From contig NW_027266273.1 of NCBI RefSeq assembly GCF_022045235.1, positions 26,536,001 through 26,600,000 on the forward strand: 64,000 nt of DNA. Reading direction: 5' to 3'. Source of the stretch: Haliotis cracherodii (lineage: Eukaryota). The notes beneath the pieces were generated by a model. It had not been told where the DNA came from. It saw nothing but the letters and a program-made list of their open reading frames with translations, and searched no databases. Shown here one piece after another: positions 1-12,962 of the stretch (position 1 is its first letter; the number at the start of each line of letters is the position of its first letter). A program made the position numbers and the translations under genes.

Positions 1-652
1 CAAAACTCATACGGTTATTATCAGCGTCATTGAGAAAAGTAGTAAATAAAGATCTTATTATTCTCAATAATTGGGCCAAACCAAGGTTTATATTTAGTCA
101 CAAGAGAACGTTCTCTTTACAACACCCATCTTCATAGTACTCCAGTATTGAATCCATCAGTTCTTTGAAACAAGATGGACACCTTTAAGGAAGAGAAGGA
201 AAACGAAAAATTCACAATTGAAGCCCATCAGGCTTCTTTGAATTGCTTCTAACTCACACGTGTATGCACGTCGCTATATAAGTGCAATCATCTTGGACGC
301 GACGTTAAACTCCATTTCACCTCAACTCAACTCTGCAAAACTAACTGCGGCGCCTGGGATTTTAGTATTTGTCGCTTCCGTTTTGTCTTTTCATGTGTGA
401 CAGAGATAGGCGTTTGACGACACCTTTGAGATTGTAATCAGACAAAAGTTGAAACGAGGAATGACATCCTCGATACCATGTTTGAAGTCAAACGTTGGAC
501 AAATAGTACGAAAATAGTTCCAATATATCATCTGTATCACAACAAGTAGGAAGTTCACATGACGAACGTCGACCATGACAGTGAACACTGAAAGCTGATG
601 AAGAACTTCTCTTATTGATGAATGACAATACATGGAATATATATGTGATGCA

Positions 653-3600
653 TTAGGCTGCAACCTGCACCATGATCCTGTTATGACAATGTCGTGTGAC
701 CCAATGGTCCGGGCTTTGGGTTCATGTCAGAACTGTCTGCTTCGTGGTGTCGGAGGCGAGGGCAGCAAGTTGAAAAAGGCAATGAAATTAGCAATTATCC
801 AATACATCACTTAGTAGAAAGGCCGACCGTTTGAAATGACTAAATACTTTTAGTTTCTATAAAAAATCAAGTACGGACTAGACAATCCAGTGAATGGCAT
901 CATGAGCAGCAATCTACACTATTCTGATACAATGACAAGAGTGTTGTATGTTTATAGTTTTTATAGTTGAGACGTATTACGCTATCTTTTGCATCTTCTT
1001 AGATTGACTGTGTGCATGTCATTATTTCCGATCGTTCTACTAGATAGATGTTATGTTGGCCATTTATCGTGCCTTGTGTTCTATTTATTCAAAATCAGAG
1101 TAGTATTATAAAGGCCAGGTTGAATTAAGTGATACAACGTATAGCAAGCCTCATCACGGGCTTTGCAATCAAGAATTATTTCACGAATTTCCACCGGAGT
1201 GCACGATTAGTGTATTTTGCCTCCCTGAAACTTGTTCAAGTCTTCTCTTTCCTTCTCACTTTAAACTCGAAACTCTTAAGACAAATTAATGTCACAAAAT
1301 GAATGAATGAACGCAAAATGGAAGTCGAAGGACCACAACACTCATTACCGAGAGTCACTGCAGCAAACATACCAAACTGAGGGGAAACAGAAACGCCACC
1401 AAATAAATAATGGTCGTCAGTTTCAACAAATTTGCCAAACAGCACGAAAACAGTTGGGACCACATGGTTGGAATGCAATTTACCTTTTCCCTGTGAACCT
1501 GTGCACGTGCTTCACGTGATTTGCGAGAAAAGTGAATTTAACCACTCAAATATGCAATCTGCACAATGTTACCCGTGTGAAATTCTGGTATAACACATGA
1601 GCTGGATTGTACTCTCTCATCACATGAAACCGTTCAAAACAACGGACATGCCTCGACTAACCGCAGAGCAGAGGGCGAGAGCCATCGGTATGTCGCAAAT
1701 GGGAGCGACGCAGGAGCACGTTGCCAGGGTCATGGGCTGCTTCTAGTGCACCATCGCCAGACTTGTCACACGTCACAGGCACACTGCCAGAGCCACAGAC
1801 AGGCCGAGGAGTCCAAGACCCAAGGTCACGACCCCACAGGAAGACCGGTATTTACGGGTGCCTCACATAAGTCCAGAATTCCCAACGGTGACGTCAACAA
1901 CCGCAAACAGCCTTTGGCATCCAGCCAGCAGAAGGACCGTTGCTAGAAGACTCCGCCTGGATGGCCTCCGTGCCTATCGACCTTTCAAGGGCATGACGTT
2001 AACGTTTCTATACCGACTTTCACAGACTGAAATGGGCCAGGACTGTACAGCAGTGGCAGCAGGGAAATTCGCGAAGAGTGCTCTTCAGGGACGAGAGTAG
2101 GTGCCGGATCTTCAAGCCTAATGGGCGAGTTTGAATCTACTGATGACGTGGTGACGTGTTGCTAAGAAGTCTAGCCTTATGGAGGTGGTAGTGTCATGGT
2201 CTGTGGTGGCATCTGCGGGAACCATAAGACTGATCTGGACATCAGAGACAGAAATCTCACTGCACGTCGTTACATTGATGAGGTTTTGCGGCCTGTTGTA
2301 CTGCCTTTCCTGCAAGGACACCCACGGACGCTGTTTCAGCAGGACAACGCCACCCCTCCAGAGCTCGAATCGCAAGCGACTTTCTGGACGCCAACAACGT
2401 GACCGTTTTACAGTGGCCAGCCAGATGACCGGTCCTGTCGCCCACAGAGCACCTCTGGGACCAACTTGGACGCAGGATTCGCAAATGTCAACAGCCGCCA
2501 TTGACGAGGGATGCCTTGGCAATCACCCTGCAGGAAGAATGGCGTGGGATACCTAATCAGGATGTCACGACCCTTGTGTACTCAGTTCGACGTCGTGTTA
2601 GGGCCTGCATCGTTGCTGGAGGGGGTCACATCCGATATTCTGTAGCACGGGACTTTAAAAGAGATCGAATACTGGACAGTGCACCCAACATGAAAACGTC
2701 TCTGCAGAACTTTAAGTACATGGTTTTTGATGTTGTCATTTTCAAATACCGTTTTTGAATAATTGTTATTTATAGTTAAACATCAACTGTTACTAAATGT
2801 TGCGTATGTTTTGTTTTAGACCAGAAATTTGTTTGGTGGCTTTTCTTATGTCCGTAAGTTTATATCACCGTAATATCTGCTTATGTCTATGTCAAGCGCC
2901 GGTCACCCCTACAGGCAACGCCAACTATATATATTACCTCAAGTGTCTCAATCTTAGCAGGGTCGTGAATGTCCATCTTCTGGGCGTCGGAAAGTGCCCA
3001 CAGGTAGCAGTGGGTCTTGGATATCATAACCATTTCACCCTGCTTAATACGAGCGGGCAATGAGACGATGTCAGCGATATTGTCCCCTTTACACGACAAT
3101 AATCGAGGGCATAATATTCTTGTCGCATAATGTATGACTTACATTATATATCATATTATTACCAATGAGTAATGTATGGACTATTATAAGTGTGTATTTT
3201 GTCGTATTCATGAGATATTATATTAATATGAAGTAGCATTCTTAAATATCAATATATCTATATGATTGATAAATCATGTATAAACGTACTTTAAGGTTTT
3301 AATAGTGTTTCCGCAATCACGTGACATGACGTTTCGTATGAGGTTACGATATCTGTGTATTCATGTTACATACACTGTCTGTAAAAGACAATATCAAAGC
3401 ATGAACATAACAGGAACGCGTTGCAACACAAACTTGCAATGTATTAATATGAACTACGTACAATGTTCTTGTCGTAGGAAAATAAAAGTGCTCCATGTGG
3501 AGGAGGTGTGGCGTGTGTGTGGACCGCGTGGGTGTGGACCGCGTGGGGGTGATGGGCGATGTGCGTGGCGTGAGGATGGTGAGTTGCTTTGGGTGCATCG

Positions 3601-4238
3601 GTTGTCTGGGCCTGAAAATATAATGCGTCACATTTACTGCAGAAAATGAAAGGATGCTTCACTATTCAAATGTATTGAAGTGAGTGAGTGGGTAGGGATT
3701 AACGCCACTTTTAACAGTATTCCAATTTTTATCACAGCGAGTCAGCTTAATGTGGGAGGAAAGCCCCGAAAGTCTCAGACATTAACCACTTTGGTGAAAC
3801 AACGAGTACGAGTACGGTGCTTACACACCATGAAACATAATCGGGATTCGAACCCATATTCATATGTTTCTGGCGAGCCCAAGGGGCGCAACAGTGCACA
3901 GCGAATTGCGGCGCCTATGTAGTTGAATAAACTGAATTAAATGGAAGAGTAACCTCTAAGAACTATGCTACATGATCCACATGGAAATACATCAGGTAAA
4001 GAGACGAAACACCGTACACCACCACTGTGACTTCCAACCGCCGTGACAGCTGGATGTAAGTCATAGTTCCCGATCGTAAGTGATCCAGAAATATTCTTAC
4101 GTTTGCAGATTAGAGTGAATGAATGGTGTTTAAAGCTTCAGTCAGCACTGCCCCAATGAAATGTATAGGAAATAACATGTGTAGGCTACTTATCTGGGCC
4201 AGATACACAACGCAGGCAATCAGCACAATCTTCAGCAT
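653..4238 (-). pseudogene. Copy A of His-rich/BRICHOS-like secreted protein family, disabled (exons 4194-4238, 3462-3611, 2938-3039, 653-775)
   Basis: Conceptual protein MLKIVLIACVVYLAQ|AQTTDAPKATHHPHATHIAHHPHAVHTHAVHTHATPPPHGALLFSYDKNI|GEMVMISKTHCYLWALSDAQKMDIHDPAKIETLE|FQLAALASDTTKQTVLT*TQSPDHWVTRHCHNRIMVQVAA*. Lesions versus copy B: intron-1 donor GT>AT (4192-4193), no AG at exon-4 acceptor, TGA at 722-724 (GGA in B), TATAAG and AATAAG instead of TATAAA and AATAAA. Confidence 0.85.
1373..2862 (+). mobile_element. Tc1-family DNA transposon, degenerate, in intron 3 of copy A
   Basis: MPRLTAEQRARAIGM from 1648, GGGSVMVCGGI, FQQDNA, RRRVRACIVAGGGHIRY. Degenerate TIRs AAACTGAGGGGAAACAGAAACGCCACCAAA / TTTGGTGGCTTTTCTTATGTCCGTAAGTTT. 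Absent from the homologous site in copy B (~10550). Confidence 0.9.
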
Positions 4239-4292
4239 GGTGAATCGTAGTAGCAGCAGCGAGAAATGAAGAAGTATCACTAAATGTGATTT

Positions 4293-4311
4293 CTTATAAG
4301 CCTTCTTATCA
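4293..4311 (-). promoter_or_regulatory. GATA site plus degenerate TATA box of copy A
   Basis: TGATAA (4306-4311), 7 nt, TATAAG (4293-4298). Confidence 0.55.
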
Positions 4312-4380
4312 GGCTGCGCCCCTTCATATTTTGAATGCCAGGATATTCTCTGTCACGACGTTCCAAATATATTCACTCGC

Positions 4381-5005
4381 TGTGAGGTGAAGTGTGAGGT
4401 GGATGGTGAAGTGTGGGGTGGATGGTGAAGTGTGAGGTGGATGGTGAAGTGTGGGGTGGATGGTGAAGTGTGGGGTGGATGGTGAAGTGTGGGGTGGATT
4501 GTGAAGTGTGGGGTGGATGGTGAAGTGTGGGGTGGATGGTGAAGTTTGAGGTGGATGGTGAAGTGTGGGGTGGATGGTGAAGTGTGGGGTTGATGGTGAA
4601 GTGTGGGGTGGATGGTGAAGTGTGAGGTGGTTGGTAAAGTGTGGGGTGGATGGTGAAGTGTGAGGTGGATGGTGAAGTGTGGGGTGGATGGTGAAGTGTG
4701 AGGTGGATGGTGAAGTGTGGGGTGGATGGTGAAGTGTGGGGTTGATGGTGAAGTGTGGGGTGGATGGTGAAGTGTGAGGTGGATGGTGAAGTGTGGGGTG
4801 GATGGTGAAGTGCGAGGTGGATGGTGAAGTGTGGGGTGGATGGTGAAGTGTGGGGTGGATGGTGAAGTGTGGGGAGGATGGTGAAGTGTGATGTGGATTG
4901 TGAATTGTGGGGTGGATGGTGAAGTGTGAGGTGGTTGGTGAAGTGTGGGGTGGATGGTGAAAGTGTGAGGTGGTTGGTGAAGTGTGGGGTGGACAGTGAA
5001 GTGTG
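4381..5005. repeat. 19-bp G-rich minisatellite (GTGTGRGGTGGATGGTGAA)n, about 33 units, upstream of copy A
   Basis: Directly visible tandem array; produces the repeat ORFs 4324-5079 and 4353-5030. Confidence 0.95.
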
Positions 5006-5389
5006 AGGGAAGGGAGAGATGGCAGGTCAAAGGGGAGGTGCGCAGGGTGTGTGGATGGAGTCATTGTAGCATGATGCAAACTGTTCCCGGAAATGTTAGA
5101 AAATGTTTTTCACTTCATATTTTATAGCAAATAAATGGTTCACAGGACAGGTTGGATGTCATGAAAAGCATCCCGTTGTGGTATTCAACTCCTCCTTGTC
5201 AGATTAAACAGTTGTGCTTGTTGAAGCAATGTTACAACCCTTCGTGTAAAACGTGTTAACTCTAAATGTAAAAAAAATACATTGAGAGTATCAATCCGCA
5301 AACCTTAATGTAAAAGATATTTCTTAGTTGGCCGGGGCATTTATATAGTGAGTCAACAGGCAAAAGCAGATCTTACATCTATTTCTCGT

Positions 5390-7500
5390 TGCTGTATTCT
5401 GAACAGATGTGTATTCAGGCCAGATCTGAACTTTTGAAAGCATCAGTGCCCTGTAAAAATAATAAATCAGCTGGTCTTAGTGAATATCTAAAACATTCGT
5501 CCGCTGTTATAATACCTTATTTAGAAATCATATTTAACAGCATTTATCAATACTGTGTTTTCCCTGAATGCTGGGCTACTGGGTTAATTAGCCCATTACA
5601 TATGAAAGGGGACGTTTATGTTCCTGATAAGTATGGGGCTGTAAGCCTCCTGAGCATCGTTAGTGAAGATTGTACATTCATTTTAAACAGACAACTACTG
5701 TATGGGGCTGCAACACTTGATCAAGTATCTGAATGTCAGTCCAAAAAGTTTTGTTTTTAAAAGTTCGGTTTTAAACTCTGTCATTCAGCGGTATCTTTCA
5801 CGAAAATAGGTAAGTTTTATTGATAAGTTTATATAAGGTAAGTTTATAATGATAAGTTAAACTGCTCTGTCGTTATTTTCTCAAATTTTCAGAGTTCACA
5901 ATGTAGCATACGAGTATATGTATATGTTGGAATTAATATCAGCACGTCATTAATTATATTTTATTTTTTCATTATTATGTTAACAGAAAGTCAACATTAT
6001 TAGCCAATCTTCTTGCGGTTTATTAGCAGACAAGTGTAACACTATCCACCCGGTTATGTATTAATATTATCATAAGCATCTTGTACATGTTTTGAAAACA
6101 GTGACAAGCAATCGCACCTCAATACCCCACTACCGTCCCTGTATATCCTTGTTTTCTAACGTCCATGTATATCCTTGTTTTACATTTATTTCAGGTTTCC
6201 GGATTCTCCCTGTTGTAATTAATTATTTGTATTAGCAGTCACAACTTTGGGTATATTTACCCCTGTAGTCATTAGGATGGGATCATGCTTGACATCCATG
6301 GTATTTAGCATCCAAGGCGTTCTATCTGTAGTGTATAATGATAGATGTGTAGTTAATTGTCGAAACCAGTTCGTATTCTATGTATCACTCTCGACAATTG
6401 ATCCAACGCTTGGGCCTGACCGATGCCCAGTCAGGTGCACATAAGTCAGGTACATGTAGTCGATTCTCCTGTGTTTATACCCGATGCTTGGGAAGGTTGT
6501 CAGTTGTGCAAGGCAAATCGATCCCTAGCTGGGCATGATAGATGCTCATTCATGTCCATGTAACAATAGCTTTTCTGGTCACAGGAATATAACGTGCAGT
6601 GAAAATCCCCTTAGGCCAAAATTTGTTAGCCATTTTGAATGTGTCTCAGGTATTAAATCATTGTTGCAGGTTTTGTGTTGAATTGTCATTAGAAATGTAG
6701 CATTTATTGATTTCGCTAAAGCATTCGACGCTACTCAGCGTCATCTTCTATTGAAGCCATTGTTCAAACATGGTTTGAGTGCTAATATCAAATAATGGAG
6801 AGTTAGGCGAGTGAGGTAGATGTTCTATTCAGTCGCTTGCTGTTTTGAAATGTGTCAAATATTGGCTGTCTCTTTTCAATATGCAGGAATCTCGTTTACC
6901 CAACAAATGTTATAATATCTTGCGGTTGTACGATGAACAAGGCCACGTAAATTGGTTAACGACATTATACAACTGCTATTTTTAGATTGGGATTTGGTGA
7001 TAACTGGTACTTTCAAACCACTTATCAAGTGGTAATAAAGCCATTTTTTGAATATGTTAAAAGCGATGAAAAGACGACTTTTTATAGGTTTGGCATAGTG
7101 ATCTATCCGAAAGCCCCAGATGGTTTATTATGCACAGTTTAAAACATCTTTTCATGTCAGAACTATTCGAATAGTATAACTGTTAAACAATTCAGCCAAG
7201 TTTTCGGCTCATTTATCACAATTTAGAAATTGAACGTGGACGAAATTTCAATATTCCTTGTGAATTTAAAAAAAATTAAAGTTTGCAAATTAAACTACAT
7301 CGAAAGTGAATATCACTTTTTTTTGGTTAATTTGTCAAGCTTATAGCCATCTTAGGCAAAGTTGCATAAAATATAAATTTCACATCTTTCCAAATATGGT
7401 GAAGTTGAATACACTACTGCCATCGCAAGACCCTATTATCTATATGAATACAGCTAAGTACTTGTTTTACACCAATGTTGTAAGAACACACATACTCCCA
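5390..7500 (+). mobile_element. Degraded non-LTR retrotransposon (RTE-X-like) RT fragments
   Basis: KNNKSAG..EYLK..FPECWATGLISPLHMKGD, AFIDFAKAFD near 6700, LEIERGR near 7223; many stops and frameshifts. Confidence 0.7.
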
Positions 7501-7967
7501 ACTTTGATCATATGCATTTATGTTAAAACTGCTTTTTCAAAAAAGAAGCAAAACAATGCGTTGTATTTTATAATGTTTGCACATAAAGGACTCAACCGAA
7601 TAGGTTTTCTTGCCATCATGGCAATGTTACCGAGGCAACTAATTGGTCGAAATTTCGTTAAATAGATTCAGAAATATTTTTGCACACAAAGCTCAGTTAA
7701 TTACAATAGCAGCGGAATAGAGTCCTCTGTTTAGTCGAAATCAAGTTTGTTAACCTTATTTAAGACGTTTTGCCCATACTAATAAGTGCTCTTTATGAAA
7801 CTAGCTGTGGATTATCAGCACAACATCCAGTAATTTTACCTTATTCAGAAATCCAAGATGGCCTCACAGTTACCATTTTGTGATTTTCAACTCTCAAACA
7901 TCTAAATAAGTAGATATATATTTATGAAGTCCTTTTGAAAACCTCGTGAGTATCATTTCATTAGATT

Positions 7968-8130
7968 GTAACCCCACAACGAAGTTATAGGGTATAATGG
8001 AATCAGCGTGTCCGCCTGTCTGTCGGTCTGTCCGCGGAAAATAACTTTCCGTACAATTCCTTCTAAACTCATTGACTGATTTCACTTAAACTTTGTACAC
8101 GTGACCACGTCAACATGTAGCTGGGAACAT
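7968..8130 (+). mobile_element. Helentron-associated (HINE/DINE-like) element fragment
   Basis: ACCCC..CGAAG..GGGTATAATG followed by a TGTC/CGTC-type microsatellite and GATTTCACTTAAACTTTG, typical of such elements. Confidence 0.45.
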
Positions 8131-9316
8131 TACAATTGTGTTTTCATTTTTAGTTATTGCCTTTTTTTATAACTTGTCAGTTTGTCAGTTTGGTATTAGG
8201 ATGGTAACGGAATTGAGGTTACCTTGTAGAGTATCGACAGATAACCTTCGTACAACATTAAGTTTGATAGAAATCGGTTAAAAGGGTTAGGGGTCATAAA
8301 CCCTTTTATAAAACCTGCATATAGCAACCAGGTGGTCGTTGTAGAAAGGAAATCTAAAAATGATTAGTCATCTTGCCAAAGAAATGATGATATTAAATCT
8401 GCGAATTTTCATGGATGTTCGATAAGCAATTTTTCATAGTGATAACCCTTAATGTAAAAAAATAGTATCTGTCACTTCAACCCTTAATGTAAAAAAATAC
8501 ATTAACAGTATGTTTTACATAAAGAGTTGTAACGAGGGCTAACCTGCAACCCTTAAAGTAAAATATGTTTACATTAAGAGTAATTTTACATTAAGAGTTG
8601 TACCAATGAATACCACAGTGGTATTCCAGCATTCCAGTTACTTACAGCTTGATGTAAGAGGAACGTGAGTAGGTGAGTATGGTTTTAAGACGCTTTTAGC
8701 AATATTCTGGCAACACCAGGGAGCGTAACACTATGAATGGGTTTAAATATTGTACCAAGGTGGGAGATCGAACCCAGGGATTGGACATGACGAGCGAACG
8801 CTTTTCTACAAGGTTACCCGACCGACTCTTGAAGACAGAAATAATGCAGGTCAAAGACGATCACCACCTTGGTGAAACCCAAGGACGAGGTATGGTGCTG
8901 ACTAATCAAGAACATATTCAGCACGAATCCTGGATTCGAACCCATGATTAAAGGTTTCTTGCCTGACAATAGGACTCTGTACAGCGAACTGCGACGCCGG
9001 GGATTATATGTATTTGACGCTTCCGTTTTGTCTTTTTATGTGTGACCAAGACATGAGATACAGCTAAGGCTTTGATATTGTAATCAGGCAATAGTTGAAA
9101 GGAAGAATGACATCCCCGATAATATGTTAAAATATGAAAATATGAAATTAAACGATAATTTGTTATCACCACCAGTTGGAAGTTCACATGACGAATGTCG
9201 ACCGTGACAGTTCAAAGGACTTAACTAACCTCATGGTAAAGTATGTAACCATTGAAAGCTGATGAAGAACTTCTTTTATTGATGAGTGACAATACTTGGA
9301 ATATATGTGTGATGCA

Positions 9317-11842
9317 TTAGGCTGCAACCTGCACCATGATCCTGTTATGACAATGTCGTGTGACCCAATGGTCCGGGCTTTGGGTTCCTGTCAGAACTGT
9401 CTGTTTCGTTGTGTCGGAGGCGAGGGCAGTGAGTTGAAACTGTAAAAGTGGAATAAGCAATAATCGTATATGCCAATACATCACTAAGTAGAAAGGCCGA
9501 CCGTATGAATGTAACTGTAAACTACATACCTCTTAGTTTAAATGGTTGGTTAATTGTGTTGGTAATTGACTACATACCTCTCAGCTTTATCGGTTGGTTT
9601 GTGTTTTATTTAATTGACTACATACCTCTTAGTTTAATTGCTTGGTTTGTGTTTAAGTTTAGTGTGTGTGTTTCCGAAATAAATTGCATCTTGTCTTATT
9701 AACCGTTGTTCTTATTCTAATTGGTTATTGGCAGCCATTGTTAGATGCCTTGATGCGTAGGTGATCGATAGATCGATGTTTCCATACACAAGTTTTTTTG
9801 TCAAAAGGCATGTTAATTTTGAAGTATCGAATTGAATTAGATACCTGATTTTAAGACTTAATTAATTATGTTCCATTTTTATGATAGAGCGTTTGTTTCC
9901 TTGTTATGTAACGCTGCACTCGTCAACATTCCAGCTATATTCAATTTGTAAATAATCTTGTACGGACCAGACAGTTCAGTGACTGGCATCATGAGCATCA
10001 ATCTACACTATTTGGATACGATGACATGGGTGTTGCATGTGTGTAGCAGAGACCTGTTACACTATTTGGATGCGATGACATGGGTGTTGCATATGTGTAG
10101 CAGAGACCTGTTACACTATTTGGATACGATGACATTGGTGTTGCATGTGTGTAGCAGAGACCTGTTACACTTTTTTATGCATAATCTACTCAGACTGATT
10201 GTGTGTATTTCAATATGTCTGATCTTTCTACTAGATAGATGATGTAATGTTGGTGATAGTTTTCATGCCTTGCGTTCTATTCATTCAAAATCAGAGTTGT
10301 ATTTTAAAGGCCAGGTTAAATTGATTAAGTGATACAACGTATAGCAAGCCTCTGTACTGACTTTGCAATCACGATTTATTCACGAATTTCCACCGGGGTG
10401 CACGATTAGTGTATCTTGAATAAATAAACGCAACATGGAAGTCGATGGACGTCAGAGTTAACGATTAAAAAGTATCTCAGACCTAAAGGTACACTGGATG
10501 TCCCCCCACTCAACAGCACGCATAACCGTGAGTCACTGCAACAAACATACTTATACAATTTCACTGTAATATCTGGCTTATGTCACCCCTACAGGCAAAC
10601 GCCAACTATATATATTACCTCAAGTGTCTCTATCTTAGCAGGGTCATGGATGTCCATCTTCTGGGCGTCGGACAGTGCCCACAGGTAGCAGTGGGTCTTG
10701 GAGATCATCACCATTTCACCCTGCATCATACGGGCGGACAATGAGACGATGGACAGCGATATCGTCCGCTTTACACGGCAATAATCGAGGGTATAATTTC
10801 TCAAATATTCTTGCCGCATAATGTATGACTTACATTTTATCGTATTGTTAGCAATTAGTAATTTATGGACTATCATAAGCCTTTCGTTTGTCGTATCCGT
10901 GGGCTATAATATAAATATGAAGTAACGTTATCAAATACCAATATGACTATAATATTGATAACAGGAATGCGCTCCAACACAAACCTACAATGTGTTGATA
11001 TGAACTACATACTATGTTCTTGTCGTAGGCGAAGGAGAATGCCCCATGTGGAGGAGGTGTGGCGTGGGTGTGGACCGCGTGGGTGTGGATCGCGTGGGTG
11101 TGGTGAGGATGGTGAGTTGTCTGGGCCTGAAATATAATGCGTCAAAATTATTGTAGAAAACGAAAAGATACTTCACTGATCATATGTACTGTAGTGAGTC
11201 GGGTTGCACACCGCTGTTAACAGTTTTCCATCTATACCTCTGCGTGTCAGCTTACTGTAGAAGGAAAACCACAGGTCTCAGACGTTTACCACTTTGGTGA
11301 AATCCAAAAGCACGGCTATGGTGCTGAGAAACATAGAAACATAATCAGGGCGACCCTGGATTCGAACCCACATCCATACGTTTCTGGCGTACCCAAGGGA
11401 CGCAACTCTGCACAGCGAAATGCGGCGCCTGAGACGACTGGGCCACCCATGCCCCATATGTAGTTGTACAAGCTGAATTAAAAAATATATATATGGGGTT
11501 TAACGTTGCGTCCAAGATTATTGCACTTATATAACTGTTACGTTTCACATGTCACGTGTACCTTTTCCATTCTACATACTGCACATCGAAATACATCGGG
11601 TAAAGAGACGAAACACTGTACACCACCACTGTGACTTCCAACCGCCGTGACAGATGGTTGTAAGTCATCGTTCTCGATCCTAAGCAATCCAGAAATCTTC
11701 CTACGTTTGCACATTGGAGTGAATGAATGGTGTTTAAAGCTGCAGTCAACAGTGCCCTAATGAAATGTATAGGAAATAACATGTGTAGGCTACTTACCTG
11801 GGCCAGATACACAACGCAGGCAATCAGCACAATCTTCAGCAT
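9317..11842 (-). CDS. Copy B: secreted His-rich protein with BRICHOS-like C-terminal domain, 127 aa (exons 11798-11842, 11013-11126, 10619-10720, 9317-9439)
   Basis: All introns GT-AG, phase 0. MLKIVLIACVVYLAQ|AQTTHHPHHTHAIHTHAVHTHATPPPHGAFSFAYDKNI|GEMVMISKTHCYLWALSDAQKMDIHDPAKIETLE|FQLTALASDTTKQTVLTGTQSPDHWVTRHCHNRIMVQVAA*. TATAAAA 11896-11902, CACCATG start context, AATAAA 9275-9280. Confidence 0.9.
9521..9660. repeat. 48-bp tandem repeat x3 in intron 3 of copy B
   Basis: ACTACATACCTC recurs at 9521, 9569 and 9617. Confidence 0.85.
10004..10170. repeat. 54-bp tandem repeat x3 in intron 3 of copy B
   Basis: TACACTATTTGGATRCGATGACAT..AGAGACCTGT at 10004, 10058 and 10112. Confidence 0.9.
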
Positions 11843-11895
11843 GGTGATTGTGAGTAACGGCAGCGAGAAGCGAAGAAGTGCCACTTGTTGGGATC

Positions 11896-11915
11896 TTTTA
11901 TACGTGTTCTTATCA
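11896..11915 (-). promoter_or_regulatory. GATA site plus TATA box of copy B
   Basis: TGATAA (11910-11915), 7 nt, TATAAAA (11896-11902), about 60 nt upstream of the ATG. Confidence 0.7.
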
Positions 11916-12164
11916 GGCTGCGCTCCCTTCATATTTTAAATGCCAAGGTATTTTCTGTCACGACTTTCTATATATATTCTATCTCTGTTTTTCGATTAGA
12001 AAGATGTTTCATACCACGTTGATAAAATTACACGGAGGAGCCAAACATGTTTTACCGGTAGTTTTTTTACGGGAGGGGAAGGTGGGTAAGAAGGTGGCTG
12101 AATGTGGGTGAGGGTGAGGTGAGGTGGGTGAGGGTGAGGTGGTTGGGGATGGGTGAGGTGAAAT

Positions 12165-12495
12165 GTGGTTTAATGTCGCGTCCACGATTATTGCAGTTAT
12201 TTTGCTACGTGCATGCACGTGTGTATGTGTGGCTGCTTGTGCTGGTCCGGACTAATTCCGATTTTTTAGTGCTAGCCCCCTGAGGTATCATGCCGCAGTT
12301 TAACATGAATACCTCTCTCAGACACAGTATACTGACTCCGAGCCGAGCAGTCCTTGTTTTAGCCCCTTAATGCTGAGCGCCAGACAGGGTTACAGCAAGT
12401 ACCATCTTTTAAGGTCTTTTGGTATGACGCAGCCGGGGATAAGACCTTCCGCTCTCTGGTCAGACCGTATACCACTAGGCCACGGAGGCGGTCCC
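12165..12495 (-). mobile_element. tRNA-derived SINE with Meta-type central domain
   Basis: Head GACCGCCTCCGTGGCCTAGTGG (A-box); core TCATACCAAAAGAC..AAAGATGGTACTTGCTG..CTGGCGCTCAGCATTAAGGG; tail GACGCGACATTAAACCACATTTCACCTCACC. Confidence 0.7.
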
Positions 12496-12687
12496 GGTTG
12501 GGGGATGGGAAGGTTGTTTTTTGAGTATGAGGTAGACCGGAAGGTATATATGGAATTGGATGAGGTTGGTCGGGAAGTGTGAGGTGGAAGGTGGAGTGTG
12601 AAGTGGGTTGGGAAGTGTGAGGTTGGTTGGGATGGGAGGTAGATGGGGAAGGGCGAGGTGGGAGACCTAGGGCAATGTGGTGGGTGT

Positions 12688-12962
12688 GGTTGGTTGGTTG
12701 GTTGGTTTGTTGTTTAACGCCGCACTCTGCAATATTCCAGCTATATGACGGCGGTATGTAAATAATCGAGTCTGGACCAGACAATCCAGTGAATAATATC
12801 ATGAGCATGGATCCACACAATTGGGATCGATGACATGGATCAACCAAGTCAACGAACCTGACCACCCGATCCCGTTAGTCGCCTTTTACGACAAGCATAG
12901 TCACCTTTTACAGCAAGCTTGGATTGCTGAAGACCTATTCTACATCGGAATCTTCACGGGTC
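12688..12962 (-). mobile_element. SINE-like element with LINE-derived structured head (family B)
   Basis: Head GACCCGTGAAGAT..GTAGAATAGGTCTTCAGCAA..GTCGTAAAAGGCGACTAACGGG; tail GGAATATTGCAGAGTGCGGCGTTAAACAAC plus (CAAC)n. Related copies at 14316, 17440, 17775, 38575, 44925, 56527 and 58494. Confidence 0.85.

Noticed and set aside
632-814. Plus-strand Cys-rich ORFs (632-814, 16379-16567, 3305-3649, 10943-11137)
   Set aside because: Antisense shadows of family exons 4 and 2; splice, promoter and poly(A) signals are on the opposite strand.
4324-5079. 251-aa and 225-aa His/Pro/Thr ORFs
   Set aside because: By-products of a 19-bp minisatellite that is open in every frame; no signal peptide and no counterpart in copy B.
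9317-9439. Arenicin-type BRICHOS antimicrobial peptide precursor
   Set aside because: The stop follows the last strand of the domain; no cleavage site or C-terminal peptide in any copy.
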